64,000 nucleotides of DNA from Narcine bancroftii (Eukaryota), in contig NC_091482.1 in assembly GCF_036971445.1 (NCBI RefSeq), positions 16,492,001 to 16,556,000 of the forward strand, in the 5' to 3' direction. Position 1 is the stretch's first letter. Each line of letters starts with the position of its first letter. The translations under genes and the position numbers were made by a program. Positions 51,589 through 62,869 of the stretch are shown here, one piece after another. A model generated the notes under the pieces. The model was not told where the DNA came from. It saw only the letters and a program-made list of their open reading frames with translations, and did no database searches.

Positions 51589-52095
51589 TTAAAAGGCCTG
51601 TTTGGAGCCATGGACTGTGATGACGGAGGAGGTGTGGGCATGTGCGGCACATCCTGCAGCTATGGGGGAAGGTGCTGGTGCGATTGGGAAGGAGGGATGA
51701 GTGAATGAAGGAGTCACGAAGAGAGCGGTCCCTACAGAAGGCAGAGAGGGGAAGATATGCCCGGTAAAAGGATCCTGCTGGACATTCCGGAGGATAATGT
51801 GTTGAATGTGGAGGCTGGTGGTGCAGTAGGTAAAGATAGGGGAATCTTGTGTTTTGTTATGACTGGAGGAAGAGGGGTCTAGGGCAGATGAGCGGGAAAT
51901 GGAGGAGATGTGGGTGAGGGGTGAGTTGATGACGGTGGAGGGAAAGCCACATTTGTGGAAGAAGGCAGACATTTCAGGAGATCTGAACTGGAAGACCTCA
52001 CCATGGGAACAGATAAAGTGCGAGATGGAGAAATTGCAAGAAGGGGATAGAATCCTTGTAGAGGGATAGGGTGTGAGGAAGTGTGGTCAAGGTCT
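51589..52095 (-). mobile_element. Penelope-like element fragment (RT C-terminus to GIY-YIG linker)
   Basis: Peptide MSAFFHKCGFPSTVINSPLTHISSISRSSAL...LHIQHIILRN...DPFTGHIFPS is typical of chondrichthyan Penelope ORFs. Confidence 0.7.
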
Positions 52096-52896
52096 GGGAG
52101 AAACTTCCCCAGAAACATCCATGGCAGTTCAAAATGGCTGCCCACCAACAACTCTGGAAGAGGGGGTGGTATTACAGATACATTGTCAGAATACATACAT
52201 GACATCACATACAACCCTGAGATTCTTTTTCCTGCGGGCAAGGCAGAAAATTGGTAGAGCAAAAAAAGACTGTATACAACGTGCATATGTAAACAAATAA
52301 AGCAATGTAAACAAATTGACTGTGTAATACAGAGAGAAAAATAATCAATAAAATTAAAAAATAAGAGTCCTTAACTGATTGAGTTTGTCGTTGAGGAGTC
52401 TGATGGTGGAGGGGTAGCAGCTGTTCCTGAACCTGGTGGTGCGAGTTTTGTCGCATTTTGACCTCTTTCCTGATGGTAGCAGTGAGAACAGAGCACGTGC
52501 TGGGTGCTGTGGATCCTTCTCTCCAATGGCTCTGCAGATATTCTTGATGGCAGGGAGGGTTCGCCTGTGTGGCCTGGGCTGAGTTCACTATCTTTTGCAG
52601 GGCTTTTTTTAAAAATATTTTTTTTTATTTTTCACACTATGAACCATATCAACCAAAATATGTTCAAACGTTTCTCATTACATTTACACAGTGGTCTTTT
52701 CTCCCTTTTCTTTCCCCTTTCCCTCCCTCCCCTCTACCCACCCCACTTCAAAACCCATAAATATTCAACATATACAATACAATAAAACCATAAAACAATA
52801 TCTTTACACAAAGGAAAATAAACAAGAAAAATGCATCATCTATTTATTACACATTGAATCTAGTCGTTTTGTCTTCTTATCATTTTCATTTTCATT

Positions 52897-55800
52897 TTAG
52901 GGGATGGAGGTCCGAGGCAAGCTCTCTCTGATATGTTCCATGTATGGTTTCCAAATTTGTTCAAACATTGTGACTTTATTTTTTCCAATGGAATACATTT
53001 CTTCAATTCCATGTACCATTAGTGTATTCTCATGCTCTCTTCCATTTTCCAAGTTGACATTATACATTTTTTTGCCATCGCTAAGGCTAGCATAATGAAT
53101 TTTTTTTTGCACTTTATCCTATATGAGGCCTAATTCTCTACTTCTTATGTTACTTTAAAAAATATCTCTGGATTTTTTGGTATGTTATTTTTTGTAATTT
53201 TATTTAGTATCTGATTTAGTTCTTCCCAAAACGTATTCACTATCGTACATGCCCAAATTGCATGTACTGTTGTTCCCATTTCCTTCTTACAGCGAAAACA
53301 TCCACCTGATAATGTTGAATCCCATTCTTTTAATTTTTGAGGATAGATATATACCCTGTGTAACCAATTATACTGTATCATACATAACCTTGTGTTTATT
53401 GTATTCTTCATAGTTCCAGAACATAACTTTTCCCAGACTTCATTTTTTATCTTTATGTTTAGATCTTTTTCCCACTTCTGCTTAGGTTTATAGTTTATTT
53501 CATTTTCCTTATCTTGCAGCTTAATGTACATGTTCGTTATAAATCTTTTAATTATCATTGTGTCTGTAATCACATATTCAAAGCTGCTTCCTGCAGGTAA
53601 TCTCAAGCTGTTTCTCAATTTATCCTTTAAATAAACTTTCAGTTGATGATATGCAAACATTGTACCATGAGTTATTCCATATTTGTACTTCAACTGTTCA
53701 AATGTTAATAACTTATTTCCCAAAAAAGTTTTCTATTCTTTTGATTCCTTTTCTCTCCCATTCTCTGAAGGAAAGGTTGTCTATTGTAAAAGGGATTAGC
53801 GGATTTTGCGTCAATAATAATTTTAGTATTTGGTAATTCATTTTTTTTTCCTTTCTAAGTGGATCTTCTTCCATGTATGAAGTAAATGATGCAATACTGG
53901 TGAGTGTTTATATTGCACCAGCTTTTCATCCCACTTATAAAATATATGTTCCGGTACCTTCTCCCCTTTTTTATCTAGTTCTACCTTAGTCCAGTCTGTT
54001 TTTTTCCTTGTCTGGTAAAAATCTGATATATACCTTAATTGTGCGGCTCTATAATAATTTTTGAAATTTGGTAACTGCAAACCACCTTGATTATACCTCT
54101 TTGCTAATTTATCTAACACTACCCTTGGTTTCTTCCCTTTCGACAAGAATTTCCTTATGTTCATTAAAGAATTTTTCTGTTAAAGGAATTGGTAATGTTT
54201 GAAATAATGCAGTTTACCCTCCCTATCAATGTTAGTGGTAATTCTTTCCAATGTTCTAAGTCTTCCTGCAATTTTTTTATTAGTAGCTGATAATTTAGTT
54301 TGTACAAGTGGCTTAAGTTATTATCTAACCTGATCCCCAGGTATCAGATTGCTTGTGTTTGCCATTTAAATGGTGATTCTTTTTTAAATTCTGTATAGTC
54401 TGCATTACTCATTGGCGTCACTTCACTTTTATTTGCGTTGATCTTGTACCCCAATATTTCTCCATATTCCTTCAATTTTTTATGTAATTCTTTCACTGAT
54501 ACCTCTGGTTCTGTTAGGTATACTATGATGTCATCTGCAAATAAGCTGATTTTATACTCCTTCTCCTTTATTTTTATCCCTTTTATTTTATTTTCTATTT
54601 TTATCAGTTCTCCCAAAGGTTCTATTGCTGAAGCAAACAATGAGGGGGATAATGGACATCCCTGTCTAGTTGACCTACTTAATTTAAAGTGACTCGATAC
54701 ATATCCATTTTCTGCTACCTTTGCCAATGGTCTATTATACAATGCTTAAATCCAATTTATATATTTTTCTGGTAGATTGAACTTCTGTAATACTTTAAGT
54801 AAGTAGTTCCACTCTACTCTGTCAAAGGCTTTTTCTGCATCTAGAGCAACAGCCACTGTTGGTTTCTTATTTATTTGAACTGTGTGGATTAGATTAATAA
54901 GTTTACAGACATTGTCCGCTGTTCGTCTTTTCTTAATAAATCCAGTTTGATCTTGTTTTACTATTTTAGATACACAATCTGTTTGCTAATAATTTCGCTA
55001 TTATCTTATAGTCTGAGTTAAGTAGAGATGTTGGTCTATATGATGCTGGTGTTAATGGATCCTTCCCCGTCTTTGGTATTACTGTAATTATTGCTGACTT
55101 ACATGAATCTGGCAAGTTTTATGTTTCTTCTATCTGGTTCATTACTTCCAGGAGAGGAGGACTTAATAACTCTTTAAATGTTTTATAAAATTCTATTAGA
55201 AATCCATCCTCTCCTGGTATTTTATTGTTCGGTAACTTTTTTAATATATCCTGTACTTCGTCTATTTCAAATGGTTTTATTTGTTTGTTTTGTTCCTCTT
55301 CTTGCAATTTTGGCAGCTCAATTTTAGCTAAAAATTCCTCTATTTTATCATCTTTCCCCTCGTTCTCAGTTTGATACAATTGTTCATAAAATTCCTTAAA
55401 ATTTTCATCAATCTCTGTTGGGTTACATGTAATTTGTTTGTCCTTTTTCCTTGATGCCAGTATCGTTCTTTTAGCTTGTTCTGTTTTAAGTGGCCAGGCT
55501 AATATTTTGTGTGGTTTTTTTTCTCTCCATTTCGTAATACTTTTGCTTTGTTTTCATTATGTTCTTCTCCACCTTGTACATTTGTAATGTTTTATTTTTA
55601 ATGTTTTAGTATGCCAATTCTCTCCTTTTCGTTATATCATCCCTTTTTACGAATTCCTTTTCTGTACTTACTATCTCCCTTTCCAACTGCTCTATTTCCC
55701 AATTGTAATCCTTTTTCATCTTCGTCACATAACTTATTATCTGCCCTCTATTGAAGGCCATCATTGCATCCCATAATATAAATTGGTCTTTCACTGATCC

Positions 55801-56625
55801 TGTGTTTATTTCAAAATATGTTTTAATTTTCCATTCAATAAACTCCCTAAATTCCTGTCTTTTAAGTACCATGGGGCTTAACCTCCATCTATATGTTCTT
55901 GGTGGGATGTCCTCCAGTTCTATTGCTAATAATAGGGGGTGAATGATCTGATAGTAGTCTAGCTTTATACTCCATTTTCCTAACTCTCCCTTGAATATGG
56001 ACTGACAACAAAAACATATCAATCCTTGAGTAAGTTTTGTGCCTACTCGAATAATATGAAAATTCCTTCTCTTTTGGGTTTTGCCTCCTCCATACATCCA
56101 TAAGTTTAATTTCCTTCATTGATTTAACCATAAATTTGGCCACTTTATTCTTTTTGCTTGTCTTTTGTCCAGTTTTATCCAACATTGGGTCCAAATTAAG
56201 GTTAAAATCCCCTCCTATCAATATATTTCCTTGTGTGTCTGCAATCTTCAAAAAAAATCCTGCATAAACTTTTGATCCTCCTCGGTAGGTGCATATATAT
56301 TGAGCAAATTCCAAAATTCTGAGTATATCTGACACATTATTATTGCATACCTTCCTACTGGATCTATTATTTCCTCCTCTATTTTGATTGGTACATTTTT
56401 GTTAACTAGTATTGCTACACCTCTAGCTTTTGAATTATAGGATGCTGCCATTACGTGTCCTACCCAGTCTCTCTTTAGTTTGTTATGTTCCGCTTCAGTG
56501 AGAAGTGTTTCCTGCAAAATTGCTATCTCTATTTTTTCCTTCTTCAATAAATTTAGTAGCCTCTTCCTTTTAATTTGGTTATGTATTCCATTAATGTTTA
56601 TAGTCATCTAGTTCAACATGGCCAT
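52897..56625 (-). pseudogene. L1 ORF2 remnant (endonuclease + reverse transcriptase), multiple stops/frameshifts
   Basis: Colinear ORF fragments 56248..56607, 55889..56335, 55606..56097, 55119..55379, 54344..54742, 53838..54164, 53145..53723 and 52897..53112. Confidence 0.9.
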
Positions 56626-57090
56626 CTTATATCTTGCTTACACCTCTTTTCCACCTCTGCCACCTCCATCCCCCTTTTCCCTATTTTCATCTCTTAGTTT
56701 TCTCTTATTATACTTAATGTACGACAACACATTTAAGACATAAAGTACCCCTGCAGTTCCCACATCCACTAATACCTTAACCCCAAAAGTTCCTCCCTCT
56801 CTGAGTTGCCCCATATCCCTTGCCAGGCAACCACAACTCCCCTTTTCATTTGGATTGCGATCTTGTTCACAGCATCATCTAACTTTGCAGTGACAGTTAT
56901 TCCTCCTCTACCCAGCCCTCTCCAGAAAACTTTAAAAAAATTTTTTAAACACATATAACAAAGCTCTCTCTCTCTTCTTTTTTCCCCCTTTCTCTCTTCC
57001 TTCCCTTCTCTTTTCCCTCTTTAGTTCTTTACATATACATTGTTTTTACATCTTTATATATATATATTTTATCGCCATTCTTCATTCTTG

Positions 57091-58515
57091 TTACATCTCT
57101 TCATCTCTTCTCCTGTCCTGCAAACATTCTGCAGATTCTTGCGCTTTCTCTGGATGCGAGAACAGTCTGTTTTGCTCCCTGGTATAAATCTTTTACGCAT
57201 GGCTGGATGTCTTAACATGAATTTGTAAACTTTTTTCCATAAAATCAATTTCGCTGTATTAACCTTCTTCCTCCTCTTTAAGACTTCAAAATTTATGTCT
57301 GGGTAAAAAAATATTATTATCATCTTAACTTTATTCCTTGCCCGTTCCAGTATATTTTCTCTTGTCATGTATCTCAAAAATTTTAATAAGATGGATCTTG
57401 GTTTTTGATGTGCCTGCAGTTTCGGAGCTAATGCCCTGTGTGCCCTTTCTATTTTCATTTCTTCCTGCATTTCTGTCATTCCCAGGACCTTTGGGATCCA
57501 TCCTTTTATAAATTCCTTCATGTCTGTGCCTTCTTCACCCTCCTTCTGGCCAACTATTTTTATGTTGTTTCATCTACTAAAATTTTCCAACATATCAATT
57601 TTCTGAGATAACAACTCTTGTGTCTCTTTAATTTTTTTGTCACTTTCTTCCAATTTTTCTCATCATTTACTTCCATTTCTACAGCCGTTTCCCGCTCTTC
57701 CACATTCTCTATTCTTTTCTGTATTTCTGTCATGACCAGTTCTAACCTTTGCATTTTATCTTGTTTTTTTTTCATTTTCCTTTTAATTGCATTAAATTCT
57801 AATGACGACCATTGTTTTAGTGATCTCATTTGTTCTTCAAAAAAAACTTTATCTATATTCTGTTCATCAGTTTTACCTTTTATTTCTCTTTGTCCATCAG
57901 TTTTACCTTCTATTTCTCCGTGAAGATCTTGGTCTTCTTCTTCCTCTTCTTCTGTGTCTGTATCTGTGTTTGTGTCTTCTTCTTCTCTTCTTTGTGTCTG
58001 TGTCACTTCTGTTTTTCCTGATGAGCTGCTTGTATCTCTTTGTCGGGCCTCTTTTTGCTGGGTCTCTTGTTGCTGGTCCTCCCCTCCTGGGCTGCTCATC
58101 TGTTGTGCTTCCTGATGTTAATCTTCTTGTCGTCATCCCTCCATCTATCTCCCACGTCTGTTTCATCGCTCCCACTTCTGCTGCCTTCCTCATCCTCCAG
58201 CTGAGTGCCCTGGTGTCCCTCAGCTGTTCGCTCTGTGGCAGCCCGCTCCTCTGCTAAGTCCCCCTCCCGCCAGTGTCCTCTTTCTCCTTTGATTGAGCAC
58301 TGCGCACTTTTGTTTGGTTCCGAGAGTTATCTTTGCAGTCCACCAGCTGGTGAGTTGCGAGTCCGCAGGGCAGGCACTGACCTCGAGGGTCGGGCGCTCC
58401 TCGCCACCACAGCGTCCTGTTACTTCATGCAGGAAAGGCCTTCTTCTTTCTTCTCCAGCAACTTTTCTACTTTTTTTTCCCCAGTTGTTTTTACTTTCTC
58501 CTTCTTGGAAGTCAT
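57091..58515 (-). pseudogene. L1 ORF1 remnant (frameshifted)
   Basis: ATG MTSKKEKVK at 58515, acidic region and coiled coil (ORF 57560..58099), and RRM/CTD region (ORF 57069..57521). Confidence 0.8.
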
Positions 58516-58952
58516 CTTCTTTCTCTTCTCTGTATCTTTCTCTTCTATTTCTTATATTCTATTTTTGTTATGTTTTGCTTTTCCCTATTTTCCTGGAGAG
58601 GGCTGGTTTTCGTGACCGGCCACTACTCCATCACGTGACTCCTCCTCATCTTTTGCTGGGCTTTATGCCCAGAAGTATTGGTGTCCCCATGCCAGACTGT
58701 GAATACAGCTGCTCAGGGTCTCGAGTTGAATATAAGTGGCTCCAGTAATGGCATCGGATTTCTTTTCTCGAAAGCTCTAATTAGAAATTATCAAAAGTGA
58801 CAATGCATGGTAAATAAGGCATCAAATAAATTGCACAAAGTAATTAAATACTGGCAAAGTAGGAATGGTTCTGAAGCCAGAGCCAGCTTTTTGCAACTGA
58901 ATTAGGATTGCATCGATAAGTGGTTCAGCAACATTCCTCAGGTGTAGATGTA

Positions 58953-59287
58953 CAGGTACGCAATCCTTTATCCGGAACCCTTGGGGGACAGTGGGGGAAA
59001 GACAAATTTCGGATTTTTCTGGATTTCAGAACAAAAGCTAGCTGCACCAGATTTCAGCCCACTTGAATTGTGCTGCCATTTCCACTCCCTTCCAGTTGCG
59101 TTGGCATCTCTATCCCCCTCACCCACCCGAGTCGGGCTGCCTTCTCCCCCCCGCCCCCCACCTCCGCCCAACCTAGTCGCACTGCTGTCTCTCTCTCTCT
59201 TCCTCTGTTGTACCAGCACCAGGAGAAAAATGCCGGCTTTTGGAGCTTTCAGGATTTCAGATGTCCGGATAAAGGATTGTGTACCTG
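58953..59287. mobile_element. Tc1/mariner (Tigger-like) MITE
   Basis: TA TSD and TIR caggtacgcaatcctttatccgga / tccggataaaggattgtgtacctg. Confidence 0.88.
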
Positions 59288-59461
59288 TATATAGATCACT
59301 TGCAGAGATGTTAATTGTTTCAAGAATCCTGAGTTAATGTTTCAGTTTCTAGAAGGATTTGCACTGATAAGCCATGTATGAAAATCACAAACCCAAATGA
59401 CATTACAACCAACAAAGCATTTGAAGATTTTTCACTCTTGCAAAAGGAGTGGACAAACAAA

Positions 59462-59582
59462 TCTTTCTTTGGCTTGGCTTCGCGGACGAAGATTTATGGA
59501 GGGGGTAAAAGTCCACGTCAGCTGCAGGCTCGTTTGTGGCTGACAAGTCCGATGCGGGACAGGCAGACACGGTTGCAGCGGT
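59462..59582 (-). mobile_element. Very short RTE 3' end
   Basis: Matches the terminal ~120 bp of the other RTE copies (ttggcttggcttcgcggacgaagatttatgg...). Confidence 0.9.
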
Positions 59583-61395
59583 AATACATACACAGCATTT
59601 ACCCACTTCGCAAGTTAATTGTCAAATAATATTGGTGGTTTTATTCCCCCTCCAAAACATAGTATATCCATTAAATTTGCAATTGACAATCTAGCACCTG
59701 TAACTTCATTTTTACAAACAAACCTTTTTTTCACAGGTGTGGCCTTTCCCAAAAGCCTTTCGCTGCGTCTGAGCCAGGTTTCAGTGAATCATACGGACAG
59801 TTCTGAACAGATCCTTGAATTGGGAAACCACCAAGTTATGGGTAGGCTGCAACATTTCTTTCTCTAAGTTGATAATTTTCCAACAGCAGTTGGTGTTCCC
59901 TCAGTTTGCCTGTGGATTAGCCTGTGGAACTTGGATTTAAGTAACACAATTCTCTCAAGATAAAAAATCCTCTGGAAATATTTTATTTCTTTCCAAACAG
60001 TAAAACGTGACTGTGGTCCTGGCTGTCTATCTTGAAGACCTCTATTAAGTCACTTCTCATCCTTCTTCACTCCAAAGAGAAAATCCATAGCTCTGCTAAC
60101 CTTGCCCACAAGACATATTCTCCAACATGCCTGTGATATTGAGACTCTTTCCCACCCATGTACATGTTCAAATGTCTTTTAAATGACTTAATTGTATTTG
60201 CTTCTATCATTTCCTCTGATATCATTGTGGGAATTCTGGGAATAAATAGCTCTCTACACATCTTTTGGATATGATGTGTGGCTGAGGATGGGTTTAGCTG
60301 AATGCACATGTTGTTGGTTGACAATCGACACAGCTCAAACCCATTGAAGTAACAATGGGTGAACTCATGATGCATCCATGAAATCTGCTGGAAAAGGACG
60401 GTCATCTTCCTCCCAGGTTGTCTTCTGAAGATTGAAGCTGAAGCTTTTTTGTAGGATCAGACAAGGGGAAAGTGCTGACCTCACAAGGATGAAGAATTAT
60501 CAACCAGCAAAGCAACAGCACTAAGTAATAGTTACCACCCATGCATAAGACACCAAGATTGGAACACAGAACCATAGAACATTACAGAACTTTAAGAAGC
60601 AGGCCCTTTGGGTCTAGTCTGTGCCAAATTATTATTCTGCCTTGTCCCACTGATTTACCCCCACTCCATATCCCTCCCATCCATGTACCTGTTCAAATTC
60701 TTCTTAAATGTTAAAATTGAGCCTGCATTCACCATTTCAGCTGGCAGCTTGTTCCACACTCCCACCACGTTCCAAGTGAAGAAATTCACCCTAATATTCC
60801 CCCTCAACTTTTCCCCTTCCACCCTTAACCCATGTCCTCTGGCTTGTATCTCACCTACCCTTGGTGGGGGTGGGTTGGAAGTATTTATTCTACTGTGACA
60901 ATTATAGTTTTGTATATCTCAATAAAATCTTTCTTCTACACTCCAGGGAATAAAGTCCTAACCTGCTTAACTTTTCCTTATAACTCAGTTCTGCCTCAAG
61001 TTTGGGCCACATCCTAGTAAATCTTCTCTGTGCTCTTTCTATCTTATTGATATCTTTCCTAGTTAGGTGACCAAAACTGCACAGAAAACTCCAAATTTTT
61101 CCTCACCAAAATCTTATATAAATTTACCATAATATCCCATATTCATTTCTTTTATTTATAAAGCCTCCTCATTTAAAATAGTATGTGCTGACGTTGAAGA
61201 GGGTTCAGAGGAGGCTCACAAGGATGATTCTGGGAATGAAAGGGTTATCGTAGGAGGAGTATTTGACAGCTCTTGGCCTGGACTCATTGGAATTTAGGAG
61301 AATGAGTGAGGATCTCATTGAAACATTTCAAATGTTGAAAGGCATGAACAGAGTAGATGTAGAAAGGTGCTTTCCCATGGAGGGGGTGTTTAGGA

Positions 61396-61757
61396 TGGTG
61401 GTTTTCAAACTTTTTCTTTCCACTCACATACCACCTTAAGTATTTCCTATGCTATAGGTCCTCTGTAATTAGTAAGAAATTGCTTAGGGTGATATGTGAG
61501 TGGAAAGAAAAAGTTTGAAATCCACTGTTTATTCATACCTCATTGACTCGTTATGTGCTTGGGTTCATAACTCCAAAGAAAATGGGCCAATGACCATTTT
61601 TCTCAAGCAAAATATTTCAGTAACAATGGGGTCTGGAACAGTGATTCTCAACCTTCCCTTCCCACTCACATACCACCTTAAGCAATCCCTTACTGATCAC
61701 AGAGAATAATGGCATAGGGATTGCTTAAGGTGGTATGTGAATGGAAGAAAACCACTG
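61396..61757. mobile_element. hAT-Charlie-type composite MITE inserted in a CR1 3' fragment
   Basis: TIRs and TSD gtttagga/gcctagga (both one change from gtctagga). CR1 sequence continues on both sides. Confidence 0.85.
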
Positions 61758-62443
61758 GCCTAGGACAAGAGGACACTTACTTCAAGACTGAAGGGTGTCT
61801 GCAAAGATCATTGATGTGGAGGAATTCCTTTAGCCACAGGGTGGTAAATCTGTGGAATTTGCTGCCGCAGGTCATTGGGTATATTTAAGGCAGAGATGAA
61901 CAGATTCTTGATTAGCCTGGGCATCAAAGGTGAAGGAGGGAAGGCCGGGCACTTGGGCTGAGTGGGGAAAATGGATCAGCTCATGTTTAAATGGAGAGAC
62001 AGACTTGATGAGCTGCACCTGTCTTATGGATTTGTGGTCCAAAAGCTCTCCTGTCTAACTGTGATGCCACTTTCAGGGAATGATCTATCTGTATTCCCAG
62101 ATCCTTCTGTTCTACGGCACTCCAACCATTTACCGTGGATGTCCTGCCTTGGCTTCTCCTTCCATAACGACACGCAGTCATTTCCACCCGCCATCTTGCC
62201 GTCCATTTTCCCGGCTGGCCCAGATCCCTCTGCAAGCTCTGGAAGCCTTGCTGGCCGCCCACAGCACCAGTTGCAAACGCGCTGCCCACGTTCCTTCTGA
62301 GACGGAGATGTGCCCTTTGTGATGAGCAAAGGAGTTCAAGAACCGGGTTTGAAGTAACGCAGTCCTGTCTTCGAGATCACTTGGGCAGAATACTCTGAAA
62401 CATCTTTCCGAAGAGTAAAAGGCAGCTGAGGTCCTGGCTCCAC

Positions 62444-62558
62444 AGGAGTGGGAGATAGGGGGGGGGGGGGATTGAACTGGAGTGGGAGATAGGGGGGGGG
62501 ATTGAACTGGAGTGGGAGATAGGGGGGGGGATTGAACTGGCGTGGGAGATAGGGGGGG
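62444..62558. repeat. G-rich minisatellite, about 3.5 copies of ggagtgggagatag(g)nattgaact
   Basis: Direct tandem units of about 33-36 bp are visible. They give the SPPLSPTPVQ repeat in the spurious ORF 62178..62798. Confidence 0.9.
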
Positions 62559-62869
62559 GAGTGGCTGCCTAGTCAGAGATCCTTTTGACAAGCCTAAGTG
62601 TTTACTTTTTTCTAGCTTTGCAAAGTGATCCCATACATTTAGACATCCAATATGAAAGTTCATGGATGAGAGGTTGGAAGGGAAACGTGGTTTTAGGCAT
62701 ATTTTCTTTTCTGGGGGGGGGGGGGAGGGGAACAAAGAAAAGGCAATAAAGTTTGACAAATACAGATGGGGGACAAAACCAGTCCTTTGCATTTTCAACC
62801 TTCAACACACACACAATAAAAAGAACCCTTTAGCCATTTGAATGTGAATTGAGTCTCGTTTGTTCCCAC

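Larger units (their letters stand above)
52607..58647 (-). mobile_element. Full-length, decayed L1 non-LTR retrotransposon with 17-bp TSD
   Basis: TSD atcttttgc(a/t)gggcttt at 52590-52606 and 58648-58664, and an A-rich tail at the left end. ORF1 fragments (IERAHRALAPK..PRSILLKFLRY), APE endonuclease (TININGI, LQET, GGDFN, SRID, SDH), RT (RQGCPLSPSLF, LFADD) and C-terminal CxxC..H..W.C. Confidence 0.96.
52180..58700 (-). mobile_element. Rex1/Babar-type LINE 3' fragment (52180-52606, resumes 58648-58700) hosting the L1
   Basis: Homologous to 33605-33900 and 34330-34410, with TTRFRNSCYP-type C-terminus and gacaataaatctga tail. The L1 TSD lies within it. Confidence 0.7.

Noticed and set aside
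62444-62558. CRISPR-like repeat array
   Set aside because: The context is eukaryotic and the units are head-to-tail with no unique spacers.
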